A stretch of 64,000 nt of DNA from a virus, in IMG/VR virus record IMGVR_UViG_3300037042_003896, positions 1-64,000 of that record, one strand, 5' to 3'. A program made the translations under genes and the position numbers. Numbering within the stretch: the first letter of the stretch is position 1; the number at the start of each line of letters is the position of its first letter. The notes below the pieces were generated by a model. That model saw only the letters and a program-made list of their open reading frames with translations. It was not told the DNA's origin and did not search any database. Positions 19,552-27,410 of this stretch are shown piece after piece.

Positions 19552-20184
19552 ATGTCTAAATTAGCAATACTCTATACAGATAATGCTTTTCCAGAGATAC
19601 TTAATTTATCTCTGGAGAAGTTAAGTCTGATTTCTACAGATGTACGAATTATTGTTTGTGCAAATAAACCTATAGAAAACAATAAATTTGAAGAAATTAT
19701 TGTAAATAATCCTATTAGAAATCATTATAATATAATTGAAAAAATATTAGCAGCAATAAATCACGGACAATCAACAGGAGATTACAAATATGTTAGTTTT
19801 TTAGAACATGATGTACTTTATCCACAAAATTATTTTGATTATCCTGATTTTAAAGATGCTATCATCAATGACAATTATATAGGAATGTGTAAAGATGGAT
19901 TTCAAAATAAACTTCCATGTCAATTACCATTACATCAAATGACAATGGAGATTACTTTTGCTCTTCAACATTTCAATAAACTACTTGAGCCATCTAAAAC
20001 AAGAGGTGTAGAGGTAGAACCTAAGATTAATAATAGATATTATTCAAATTATCCAGCAGTACATATTAATCATGGACGTAATTTTACAAGCCATTTTAAT
20101 TGTTATGGAAAGATATTTACATTACACAATAGTTATTGGAAAGATCACAAACCTCTTTGGGATAGAATAAAAAAAGCACCTTAA
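19552..20184 (+). CDS. Putative GT-A fold glycosyltransferase
   Basis: YVSFLEHDVLYP (DxD-like), VHINHGRNFT. Confidence 0.55.
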   Translation: MSKLAILYTDNAFPEILNLSLEKLSLISTDVRIIVCANKPIENNKFEEIIVNNPIRNHYNIIEKILAAINHGQSTGDYKYVSFLEHDVLYPQNYFDYPDFKDAIINDNYIGMCKDGFQNKLPCQLPLHQMTMEITFALQHFNKLLEPSKTRGVEVEPKINNRYYSNYPAVHINHGRNFTSHFNCYGKIFTLHNSYWKDHKPLWDRIKKAP

Positions 20185-20804
20185 TTGGTGCTTTCTTTTT
20201 TTAGTATTATTGCTGTAATAGAATGAGGACTTTTCTCTATAATTTCTATAGATTCTATTTTTTCTAATAGTTTATTAAATTCTATTTCTGAAATAAAATA
20301 TCGACTATTTAAAGAAGGTTTACCTGATTTAAGGTCTTTTAAGAGTTGTAATGTATTGTTATAAGAATTACTTCCATACCCAGGATATAATACAGGGTTT
20401 GATGTGTGAAGATCTTCGAGAATATATATTCCTTTAGGTTTAAGATGATTGAATAATGTATTAATCGTTACTTGTTGTTGTAACATTGTATGTCCACCGT
20501 CATCAATAATAAAATCGAGATTTTTAGGAAGAGTAGATAAATGATGTTTATTCTCCTGATTAATAGTAAAAGTTTTGATTCTTGTTGTATCAAACTTTTC
20601 CTTATTATGGATATCAACACCATAGATCATTCCTTGAGGAAAATATTCTTCCCACATTTTTAAAGAAAATCCATCTTGTATTCCTATTTCTAACATTTGA
20701 ATAGGAAGGTCTTTTAAAGCAGATAAAGCAACGTCATAATGGTCTAAATACCCATGCGTTGCTTTATCTGTTTTATGCTTTTTACCAATAGATGATAAAC
20801 TCAT
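20181..20804 (-). CDS. SAM-dependent sugar O-methyltransferase (MycE/TylE-like)
   Basis: TDK..HGY, LEIG...G.SL.MW..YFP...YGVDI, FIIDDGGH, L.P.G.YILEDLHTS. Confidence 0.8.
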   Translation of the reverse strand: MSLSSIGKKHKTDKATHGYLDHYDVALSALKDLPIQMLEIGIQDGFSLKMWEEYFPQGMIYGVDIHNKEKFDTTRIKTFTINQENKHHLSTLPKNLDFIIDDGGHTMLQQQVTINTLFNHLKPKGIYILEDLHTSNPVLYPGYGSNSYNNTLQLLKDLKSGKPSLNSRYFISEIEFNKLLEKIESIEIIEKSPHSITAIILKKESTN

Positions 20805-20941
20805 TTAGATAACTTTTTACCTGTCATTGGAGCCATAGGGCTCTTTCCTTTTTTAATTTTGTCCATCTCCTTCATAAAATTAGGCTTATCTTTTGGAGGA
20901 GGAGCCACCTTTGGTGCTTTTTTAGGAGTGCCTGATTTCAT
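20801..20941 (-). CDS. 46-aa Lys/Pro-rich basic peptide (not in track)
   Basis: MKSGTPKKAPKVAPPPKDKPNF...KKLSK; overlaps both neighbours. Confidence 0.6.
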   Translation of the reverse strand: MKSGTPKKAPKVAPPPKDKPNFMKEMDKIKKGKSPMAPMTGKKLSK

Positions 20942-21096
20942 TATTTCAAAATTATTGAATCAATTACAATCGTATCACATTTCAAAGAATCAACACAAGT
21001 TGAATCATTTGGTGTGGTAGAAACTTCAGGAGTCTTAGTTGTACATGATACAAACAATGTTGCAATCATAGCAACCATAAAAATTACTTTTTTCAT
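20941..21096 (-). CDS. 51-aa lipoprotein with four D-S/T-x sequons (not in track)
   Basis: MKKVIFMVAMIATLFVS-C lipobox; DST, DSL, DTI, DSI. Confidence 0.75.
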   Translation of the reverse strand: MKKVIFMVAMIATLFVSCTTKTPEVSTTPNDSTCVDSLKCDTIVIDSIILK

Positions 21097-21118
21097 TAGT
21101 CTTGTTTTAAATTAGTTA

Positions 21119-21319
21119 TTATTTATTTTTAGCCATTTTTTTAAATGTTCGGGCTAATGCTTTTCTTTTTGGTGTACAAGTTGCTTTTGTCATAGGAGTA
21201 CAAAATCCCTTATGAGCAGGATTAACTGCACCCTGAATCCAATTCTTTTTAACTTTCCCACCAGATTTTAGTGTGGAACCATTGGGTTTAATCAAAGGAC
21301 CATTGGGTACATTAGTCAT
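21119..21319 (-). CDS. Small basic protein, probably virion-internal
   Basis: LKSGGKVKKNWIQGA...LARTFKKMAK. Confidence 0.65.
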   Translation of the reverse strand: MTNVPNGPLIKPNGSTLKSGGKVKKNWIQGAVNPAHKGFCTPMTKATCTPKRKALARTFKKMAKNK

Positions 21320-21321
21320 GG

Positions 21322-21495
21322 CTATTTCTTTTTAGAGATTTTACCACCACATTTTAAACATGCTCCATTTTTTGCTTTTGCAGGAGGGAGATTCCTTTCT
21401 TGAACCTTTGTCCAAGCACCATTAGGGTCTACCATTCCAACCTTAAGAGATTTGGAAGTTACACCACCAGCTTGCATTTTTTTAACTGTTGCCAT
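21322..21495 (-). CDS. 57-aa basic peptide with xxGG motifs (not in track)
   Basis: MATVKKMQAGG...AKNG..LKCGGKISKKK. Confidence 0.65.
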   Translation of the reverse strand: MATVKKMQAGGVTSKSLKVGMVDPNGAWTKVQERNLPPAKAKNGACLKCGGKISKKK

Positions 21496-21514
21496 GATTT
21501 AATATTTTAAATTG

Positions 21515-21748
21515 TTATTCTTCTGCTTCTTCTTCTGGCATTTCATTTATCACACCTTCTTCTACAGCTTTTGCCATTATTCCTTCAATAATTACATTAG
21601 CTTTTTCTGCAAGCAGAATTTGTGCAGCAGTTTCTGTGCTAAGAATTGCTCTAATTGTGTTAAGTAAAAATCCAAAATCTCTTCCTGATAATGTAAATGT
21701 GTCCTCAGGAGTCCATGAATACTTTTTGTTTGAATCGTAGGTTGCCAT
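21515..21748 (-). CDS. Hypothetical protein
   Basis: ORF downstream of a TATCTTTG box. Confidence 0.6.
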   Translation of the reverse strand: MATYDSNKKYSWTPEDTFTLSGRDFGFLLNTIRAILSTETAAQILLAEKANVIIEGIMAKAVEEGVINEMPEEEAEE

Positions 21749-21785
21749 AATTTAAGGTTTTAGTTAGTTTGCAATTTGCGAATTG

Positions 21786-21793
21786 CAAAGATA
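21786..21793 (-). promoter_or_regulatory. -7 box
   Basis: Intergenic TATCTTTG followed by C. Confidence 0.6.
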
Positions 21794-21804
21794 CAATAAT
21801 TTTA

Positions 21805-22086
21805 TTATAATTCAATATTAAATGTAATTGTGGAAGAAGTTTTAATACTTTTTGAAAGATCTAACTTAATACCAAACTGATTATTAAACTTTAGTATCTC
21901 ACGTAATAACGCTTGTGTATACTTAGGAATACTAGGAGCAATCCGACAATATATTTTATTTCCTCCATTAGTAAATTGTATACTTGCAAATTCATCAATA
22001 GAATCTATAACTCCTTCCAAGTGAGCGAGATAAGTAAGATCGTTATCTCGCATCACATGAGGGAAGTTTTTTCTATAGATTTCCAT
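21805..22086 (-). CDS. Hypothetical protein
   Basis: Packed ORF. Confidence 0.6.
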   Translation of the reverse strand: MEIYRKNFPHVMRDNDLTYLAHLEGVIDSIDEFASIQFTNGGNKIYCRIAPSIPKYTQALLREILKFNNQFGIKLDLSKSIKTSSTITFNIEL

Positions 22087-22087
22087 A

Positions 22088-22576
22088 TTAATTTTGATTC
22101 ATTTTTAATCCTTTATTCCAAGCAGGTCTATTTTTTAATCTATCACTAGATGCTTTTCTTAATTCAGGATTTTTTATAAATTTTTCTTTACTTTTTAATC
22201 CAATCTTTTTTTTAGTTTCTTCTGAATGAAAAAATCTTCTTTCATTATTAACTTGAATATTATTGTAAATAGGACTATACATCCAAATATATTTATTTTC
22301 CCTATTTAAAATTTTTTCAGGAGAAGTACTCATTTCTACTATTTGAAAAATAAAAGTTTCTTCTCCATATTTATTCCAAGCATTTTGAAGATGGTGATTG
22401 CGATGTCTATTATGTTTTAAATCACATTTGTGTTGTGCAAAACGTTGTTTAATATTAGAACTACTACCAATATAAACATTATTGTTTATAAGATTTAATA
22501 TTTGATAGATACCACAATTTTTAAGAAGTTTTAATTTATCTTTTCTTTGAATATAAAATTCTTCTTCTGTTAACAT
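22088..22576 (-). CDS. GIY-YIG homing endonuclease with NUMOD3 motif
   Basis: GIYQI.N..N..VYIGSS..R..H, LQNAWNKYG, HSEETKKKI, AWNKG. Confidence 0.88.
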   Translation of the reverse strand: MLTEEEFYIQRKDKLKLLKNCGIYQILNLINNNVYIGSSSNIKQRFAQHKCDLKHNRHRNHHLQNAWNKYGEETFIFQIVEMSTSPEKILNRENKYIWMYSPIYNNIQVNNERRFFHSEETKKKIGLKSKEKFIKNPELRKASSDRLKNRPAWNKGLKMNQN

Positions 22577-22992
22577 TATGAAAGAGTTGTTAAATAAAGT
22601 GCTTTTGCTGCAACACCAGATAATTCCTGACTCATATTTTCTATATCTGTATAATTATTTATAGAAGCAAAATCTTCTAATTCTTTAGCAAAAGATTTTA
22701 TTTCTTGCAAAATAGTAGATAAATTTGAACCATCTACAGTAGGAATAAATTTAAAGGATTTTACTTTCTTTGCTGAATAACCCATAAATTTTTCCATTAA
22801 AGAATCTTTAAAATCATTTAAATATTCATATACATCTCCACTATTTTTATGTTCTGCATAAATAGTAGTTTGCCAATGGATTAACCACGTTTGCATAGTA
22901 AAATATGTAAGCTTACTTGCTACACCTTCAAGAGACATATCTGCTCCCATAGACTTTATCATGTCATCTGGGAATAATGATCTAATTGCCAT
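22576..22992 (-). CDS. Ferritin/Dps-like protein (DUF5856-like)
   Basis: HWQT..YAEHK....YE....D.LME..MG; C-terminal YLTTLS. Confidence 0.7.
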   Translation of the reverse strand: MAIRSLFPDDMIKSMGADMSLEGVASKLTYFTMQTWLIHWQTTIYAEHKNSGDVYEYLNDFKDSLMEKFMGYSAKKVKSFKFIPTVDGSNLSTILQEIKSFAKELEDFASINNYTDIENMSQELSGVAAKALYLTTLS

Positions 22993-23068
22993 AATATATT
23001 ATTTATTTAATTTTCATATAAAGGAGTCTCTACAAGATCATATAGTGTGAGGAGTAGGGAAATATCCA

Positions 23069-23278
23069 TTATCCTAAAAGTGTTGTAGTGGTGGTAGTTG
23101 TTGTAGAAGAAGAAGAAGTAGTGGTGGTTGTTGTAGGATTACAACATTCATATGCATTAATCTCTACCCATTTTCCTACTTTGGGCATTTTCCTAGCTAA
23201 TATTACAGAACTAGGAACTATATCTCCTGAACCATCGAATCTCACGAAGGCTTTAAGATCTCTTTTATTTGTTGCCAT
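23069..23278 (-). CDS. Small protein with poly-Thr/Ser tail (paralog B)
   Basis: LKAFVRFDGSG..KVGKW.EI..ECCNP followed by T6S4T8. Confidence 0.8.
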   Translation of the reverse strand: MATNKRDLKAFVRFDGSGDIVPSSVILARKMPKVGKWVEINAYECCNPTTTTTTSSSSTTTTTTTTLLG

Positions 23279-23296
23279 TTTCTTAAGTTTTAAAAA

Positions 23297-23485
23297 TTAA
23301 AAAGGTCCTCCTCTACCAGTTGTAGTGGTAGTAGTAGTAGTTGAAGGATTACAACATTCTGAGGCTGGTATTTCATACCACTTGCCAACTTTAGGTTTAT
23401 TCTTTCGAAGAACAAGACTGCCAGCAACCACTCGTCCACTTCCATCAAAGCGAACAAATGCTTTAAGATTTTTATCTTTTGCCAT
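23297..23485 (-). CDS. Small protein with poly-Thr tail (paralog A)
   Basis: Same domain as paralog B followed by ST8. Confidence 0.8.
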   Translation of the reverse strand: MAKDKNLKAFVRFDGSGRVVAGSLVLRKNKPKVGKWYEIPASECCNPSTTTTTTTTGRGGPF

Positions 23486-23496
23486 TTTAGTAAAAA

Positions 23497-24513
23497 TTAA
23501 TAGTTTAATTTATATTTATTTCGTAATTCATTTAATTTTGAGGTGTAATACCACGTACAATGTTTTTTTGATTCATCATGATTTAATATAAAATCTAGAT
23601 GAAAATCTTTCATAGGATCTTTACCTTGATGATATTTTCCTTTATAGAAACAAGGATAATTGTCCATTGTATCTCCAGATATTCCTGCATTATGAAAGAT
23701 TGCATAGGTATCTATTTTTATTATAGGATCAGGAGCCCAAGCAAAATCTAACTCTTTTACAACTTTACTTTTTCTATTAAAAAACCAAAGATTAAATTGT
23801 ATAGCCCAAAGATCTGCACACCATGATTGTATTCCACTATTTTCATCTTTAAAAAATTGTCGATTCACTTGTTGCAAATATGTTCTTATTGTAAGAACAT
23901 CTGCTTCAATTTTTTTCCAAAACGTAGAATCTATATTCTTTAATATATACTGAACTCCTCCAGTATTAGTATTATTATCTATTACAATTTGTTTATCTAT
24001 TCCTACTATTTTACAAACTTCTTTTAAAAAATCTCGTGATTTAGCCTCTTCTTGTTTATTAGGAAGTATATCTTTATACTTACTTTCAAAATATGAATTA
24101 TTTAAATAAGAATTAGCATCACTTACATAATTTACATCATCATCTAAAAGATGTTCTATATTTAATGATTTTAACCATATTATATCACAATCTGTATAGA
24201 TTATAGTTTTGGTTTGTAATTCTGGGTAAACTTCAAAATGTTGCCAAAGAATATGTGGTCTTAATATAGGAATATAAATATTTAAATATTCTCCTACTCC
24301 TTTGTCCTCATAAATAAATATATTTAATTTTGGATAATATTCTTTTAACTTTTCCCAATTTGTATTATATTTCCTATCTTTAGGTTTATATAATAAAATA
24401 TGGATTTGTTCTTCTTGAAAACCTCGTTCTAAACAAGATTCTATATATAGATGATTTTGCCATATAAAATATTGATCATCTGGTTGGCATGTAATTAATA
24501 TTGGTTTAGACAT
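23497..24513 (-). CDS. GT-A glycosyltransferase resembling HPAT/SERGT peptidyl O-glycosyltransferases
   Basis: YIPILRPHILWQHF...IIYTDCDII (DxD), GGVQY, SWCADLWA, FHNAG. Confidence 0.65.
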   Translation of the reverse strand: MSKPILITCQPDDQYFIWQNHLYIESCLERGFQEEQIHILLYKPKDRKYNTNWEKLKEYYPKLNIFIYEDKGVGEYLNIYIPILRPHILWQHFEVYPELQTKTIIYTDCDIIWLKSLNIEHLLDDDVNYVSDANSYLNNSYFESKYKDILPNKQEEAKSRDFLKEVCKIVGIDKQIVIDNNTNTGGVQYILKNIDSTFWKKIEADVLTIRTYLQQVNRQFFKDENSGIQSWCADLWAIQFNLWFFNRKSKVVKELDFAWAPDPIIKIDTYAIFHNAGISGDTMDNYPCFYKGKYHQGKDPMKDFHLDFILNHDESKKHCTWYYTSKLNELRNKYKLNY

Positions 24514-25048
24514 GATTCCACACTTTATTATTAATAATATAACCTATTAATGTTATTCCGACATTGTTTTTATAGGCAAGTTCTTTGTATGTAGTTTTAT
24601 TATTTTTGTATTCTTTTCTAATATTTATAACTTGTTCTTCAATTAATTTTGAATTTTTATTACCACTTCCTTTATAAGTATTAGGATCTCGATGAAGATA
24701 TGAATGTTTTATATTTTCACTTCTAGTAATCCATTCTAAATTACTTAAATTATTATTATGTTTATTATGATCAATATGATTAACTTCTATTAATTTAGTA
24801 GGATTATCTAAAAAAGTTAAAGCAACTATTCTATGAGTAGTTAAAGATTTAGATTTCCCAGCACCATTATATAATTTTACATGAAAATAACCACGACTAT
24901 CTACAAATTGTGTCAATATTTTTTGTTTTTTTAAATATTGATGAGTTGAGAGTATAATAATTCTTTCAATAGTCCTAATATTTCCTTTAGTACTTACTTC
25001 GTAATAATTTTCATATCCTTTTACTGATTTCCAAATTTCTATTTCCAT
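24506..25048 (-). CDS. NUMOD4-HNH homing endonuclease
   Basis: EIWKSVKGYENYYEVSTKG; HRIVA.TF, VNHID.NK.NN.LSNLEW.T..EN..H. Confidence 0.9.
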   Translation of the reverse strand: MEIEIWKSVKGYENYYEVSTKGNIRTIERIIILSTHQYLKKQKILTQFVDSRGYFHVKLYNGAGKSKSLTTHRIVALTFLDNPTKLIEVNHIDHNKHNNNLSNLEWITRSENIKHSYLHRDPNTYKGSGNKNSKLIEEQVINIRKEYKNNKTTYKELAYKNNVGITLIGYIINNKVWNHV

Positions 25049-25074
25049 AATATTATTATTATTAATTATAATAA

Positions 25075-25082
25075 CAAAGATA
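25075..25082 (-). promoter_or_regulatory. -7 box before NUMOD4-HNH
   Basis: TATCTTTG. Confidence 0.55.
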
Positions 25083-25162
25083 GAATTAAAATTTGACATA
25101 TCCTAATAAGTGATTGAATAATTTTTTTCATCTTTCATACGTAGTTTGGTTTTATTTTTACA

Positions 25163-25297
25163 TTAAGGGATTGCTGTGGTGGTAGTAGTTGTGGTGGAAG
25201 GACCAGCCACTCTAATAAGTTTTTCTAATTGCTTAGAAATTTGCCACAACAAATTGGTATTAGTTCCCCATCCTATTTGTCTACTTGGGATTGCCAT
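25163..25297 (-). CDS. 44-aa protein: fibre-type N-terminal anchor plus poly-Thr tail (not in track)
   Basis: MAIPSRQIGWGTNTNLLWQISKQLEKLIRVAGPSTTTTTTTAIP. Confidence 0.8.
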   Translation of the reverse strand: MAIPSRQIGWGTNTNLLWQISKQLEKLIRVAGPSTTTTTTTAIP

Positions 25298-25309
25298 TTT
25301 ATTTATAGT

Positions 25310-26134
25310 TTAATGTGTGTATTTAAATCGTTGGAAAAACCATTCGTGATTTTTATAAATCCAATCTGTAATGTCTTTTCCTAACAGTTCTTTTGCTCTT
25401 GACCTTACAGGTTCAAGTTTAGTTCTTATTTTATGATCTCCATAGATACCATAAACTTCATCATCTTCTTTTGTAACTTGTTCTATGTTATCAAAATCAT
25501 GAATATAATTAGGAAGTTCAAGATAGTCATATACTCGTTGCATTTCTTGATCTGGATAAAGACACAAATCTTCAAATTTTACAAAATGCATATGTTTGTC
25601 TAATCCCATTCTGAATATTTCTGCCAATCTTTCAATTGCCATTCCAAGAGGAGCTCCTTGTGACCAAAGATCAATTCTTTTAGCAACCGATGTTCCTTGC
25701 ATTTTACTCCAATCAAGTATATCATTATGCTTATCAGGAGCTGCTCTATAATTTTTTTCCATAGATGCAAAGACATCTCTAAGATCTCGAACAACCACTA
25801 TAACTTTAGGAGAAGGATGAACAAGATTTAGAAAATCATAATGTATTCCCCATCCTCTTGATTTATCAAGGACATATTTCTTATCTGTAATAGAACTATA
25901 AAATCCAAACATTCCTTGTCTACAGAATTCTAAAAATGCATCTCTCATTAAATCAGCATCTTGTGCTTTGAATTCAGGAGAAGTTGTATATTGTGCTCTT
26001 GCACTATATATTAATTCTAATACACCACTTGTTGGTGTAGCATAGAAATCAGGATTTTGAGCTATTATGTTTTGAAAAATTGTACTGCCTGATCGTGGTA
26101 ATGAACTTTGGTAAAAAACTTTTTCTATCATCAA
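25310..26134 (-). CDS. PAPS-dependent sulfotransferase
   Basis: 5'-PSB motif SLPRSGST; DKSR.W; 3'-PB motif VRDLRDVFAS; KFEDL. Confidence 0.85.
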   Translation of the reverse strand: MMIEKVFYQSSLPRSGSTIFQNIIAQNPDFYATPTSGVLELIYSARAQYTTSPEFKAQDADLMRDAFLEFCRQGMFGFYSSITDKKYVLDKSRGWGIHYDFLNLVHPSPKVIVVVRDLRDVFASMEKNYRAAPDKHNDILDWSKMQGTSVAKRIDLWSQGAPLGMAIERLAEIFRMGLDKHMHFVKFEDLCLYPDQEMQRVYDYLELPNYIHDFDNIEQVTKEDDEVYGIYGDHKIRTKLEPVRSRAKELLGKDITDWIYKNHEWFFQRFKYTH

Positions 26135-27006
26135 GGTTGGTTTTTGAGTGATTCGATTATTTCTTTAGTATTAAAAATTTCACTTTCTACATTGTAAGGA
26201 AACTCAATAAGATCTCCTGTAATGTTGAATTTTGAGAAATACGAATTTCTCAATTCAGGTTTAATAGTGAAGGGATTAGCTATTATGTTACTATGTAAGC
26301 TATAACCGAACACATTTGGGCTATTAACTATCCAACAAACTGTTGAAGGTTTATTCATAGCTGCTGCTGTATGTTGAGCAAAACTATCAATTAATAATCT
26401 CTTATCACTATTTTGAATTAAGACTGCCAATGACCTAAATGTGTCTGTAATAGGAACAGTTCCTTCATATCCAATTTGATCTTCACGCTTTATATGAACT
26501 ATGTTATATTCATCCTTAAAAGCGTTAATTATTTCTTGAACAACTACTATTGGAATATCTCTTGCCCAGGAATATTTAAGATCACTTAGCGCACCTCCAT
26601 TAGTTTGAAGAAGAAGAATAGGTTTGTCAGAAGTATATTTAGTACTAAAGAACTTTTTCTCCCTATCTGTTAAATAAATCTTTGGCTGTTCTTCATTATA
26701 AGGAACATTAAATAGTTTACACCACGTTTCAATAAGATGTTCATCTTGCCTAATGTGTGATGTTTCTAAATAAGGATCATGAGCGAATATTTTTATTTCT
26801 TTATCTTCTATATATTGCTCATAGAAATAACTCATACTTCCAAAGGTGTAGGTTCTGTCTACAAAAGGATTGTTAAGGAAGACATCAGAATATCCCGACA
26901 CCACTATTAAAGTGGAATCAGGATATTCTTTTTTAATTGCCTCACAAACTGCTGTAGCTAATACACATTTACCTATTCCCCCGTTGATTTGGAATATAAT
27001 GTTCAT
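26131..27006 (-). CDS. GT-B glycosyltransferase, GT9 (heptosyltransferase)-like
   Basis: GGIGK...T....IKK.YP, NNPFVD, IDSFAQH.AAA.NKPS.V.W. Confidence 0.75.
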   Translation of the reverse strand: MNIIFQINGGIGKCVLATAVCEAIKKEYPDSTLIVVSGYSDVFLNNPFVDRTYTFGSMSYFYEQYIEDKEIKIFAHDPYLETSHIRQDEHLIETWCKLFNVPYNEEQPKIYLTDREKKFFSTKYTSDKPILLLQTNGGALSDLKYSWARDIPIVVVQEIINAFKDEYNIVHIKREDQIGYEGTVPITDTFRSLAVLIQNSDKRLLIDSFAQHTAAAMNKPSTVCWIVNSPNVFGYSLHSNIIANPFTIKPELRNSYFSKFNITGDLIEFPYNVESEIFNTKEIIESLKNQP

Positions 27007-27015
27007 AGATACTTA

Positions 27016-27348
27016 TTAAAAATCAGTGTTAATAGTTACAAATTCTGTAGCAACTGTGCCCATTTCAACAGCGATAGTTGTTAAAAGAACACTATCATCA
27101 ACTCCCCATCCTGAAAGTTGAGTGGATAATAATGTAGTGTTTGATGTTGATAACCTATTAAATGATGCAGGAACACCAGCTTCATCTAATGTAATTGTTC
27201 CAAACACCACTTCAAAGTTTACCTTTGTAGCTCCAGCACCATAAGGGCGAGCAATAGCAGTCATATAATCTGCTGTGATAGTTTCTACTTCAAAAGGAGT
27301 GATTTGTTTTGTGATTGTAGCCACTGGGCTAATTTTTGCGTACAACAT
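27016..27348 (-). CDS. Hypothetical protein, possibly fibre-associated
   Basis: Beta-rich 110-aa ORF downstream of the fibre genes. Confidence 0.6.
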   Translation of the reverse strand: MLYAKISPVATITKQITPFEVETITADYMTAIARPYGAGATKVNFEVVFGTITLDEAGVPASFNRLSTSNTTLLSTQLSGWGVDDSVLLTTIAVEMGTVATEFVTINTDF

Positions 27349-27377
27349 GTTTTTAAGATTTAAAGATTAATTAATTA

Positions 27378-27385
27378 CAAAGTTA
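27378..27385 (-). promoter_or_regulatory. -7 box heading the glycosylation cluster
   Basis: Intergenic TAACTTTG. Confidence 0.6.
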
Positions 27386-27410
27386 TAAAATTATTTTTGA
27401 TTATTGTATT

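Noticed and set aside
23088-23591. Plus-strand poly-Val ORFs
   Set aside because: Antisense shadows of the poly-Thr genes.
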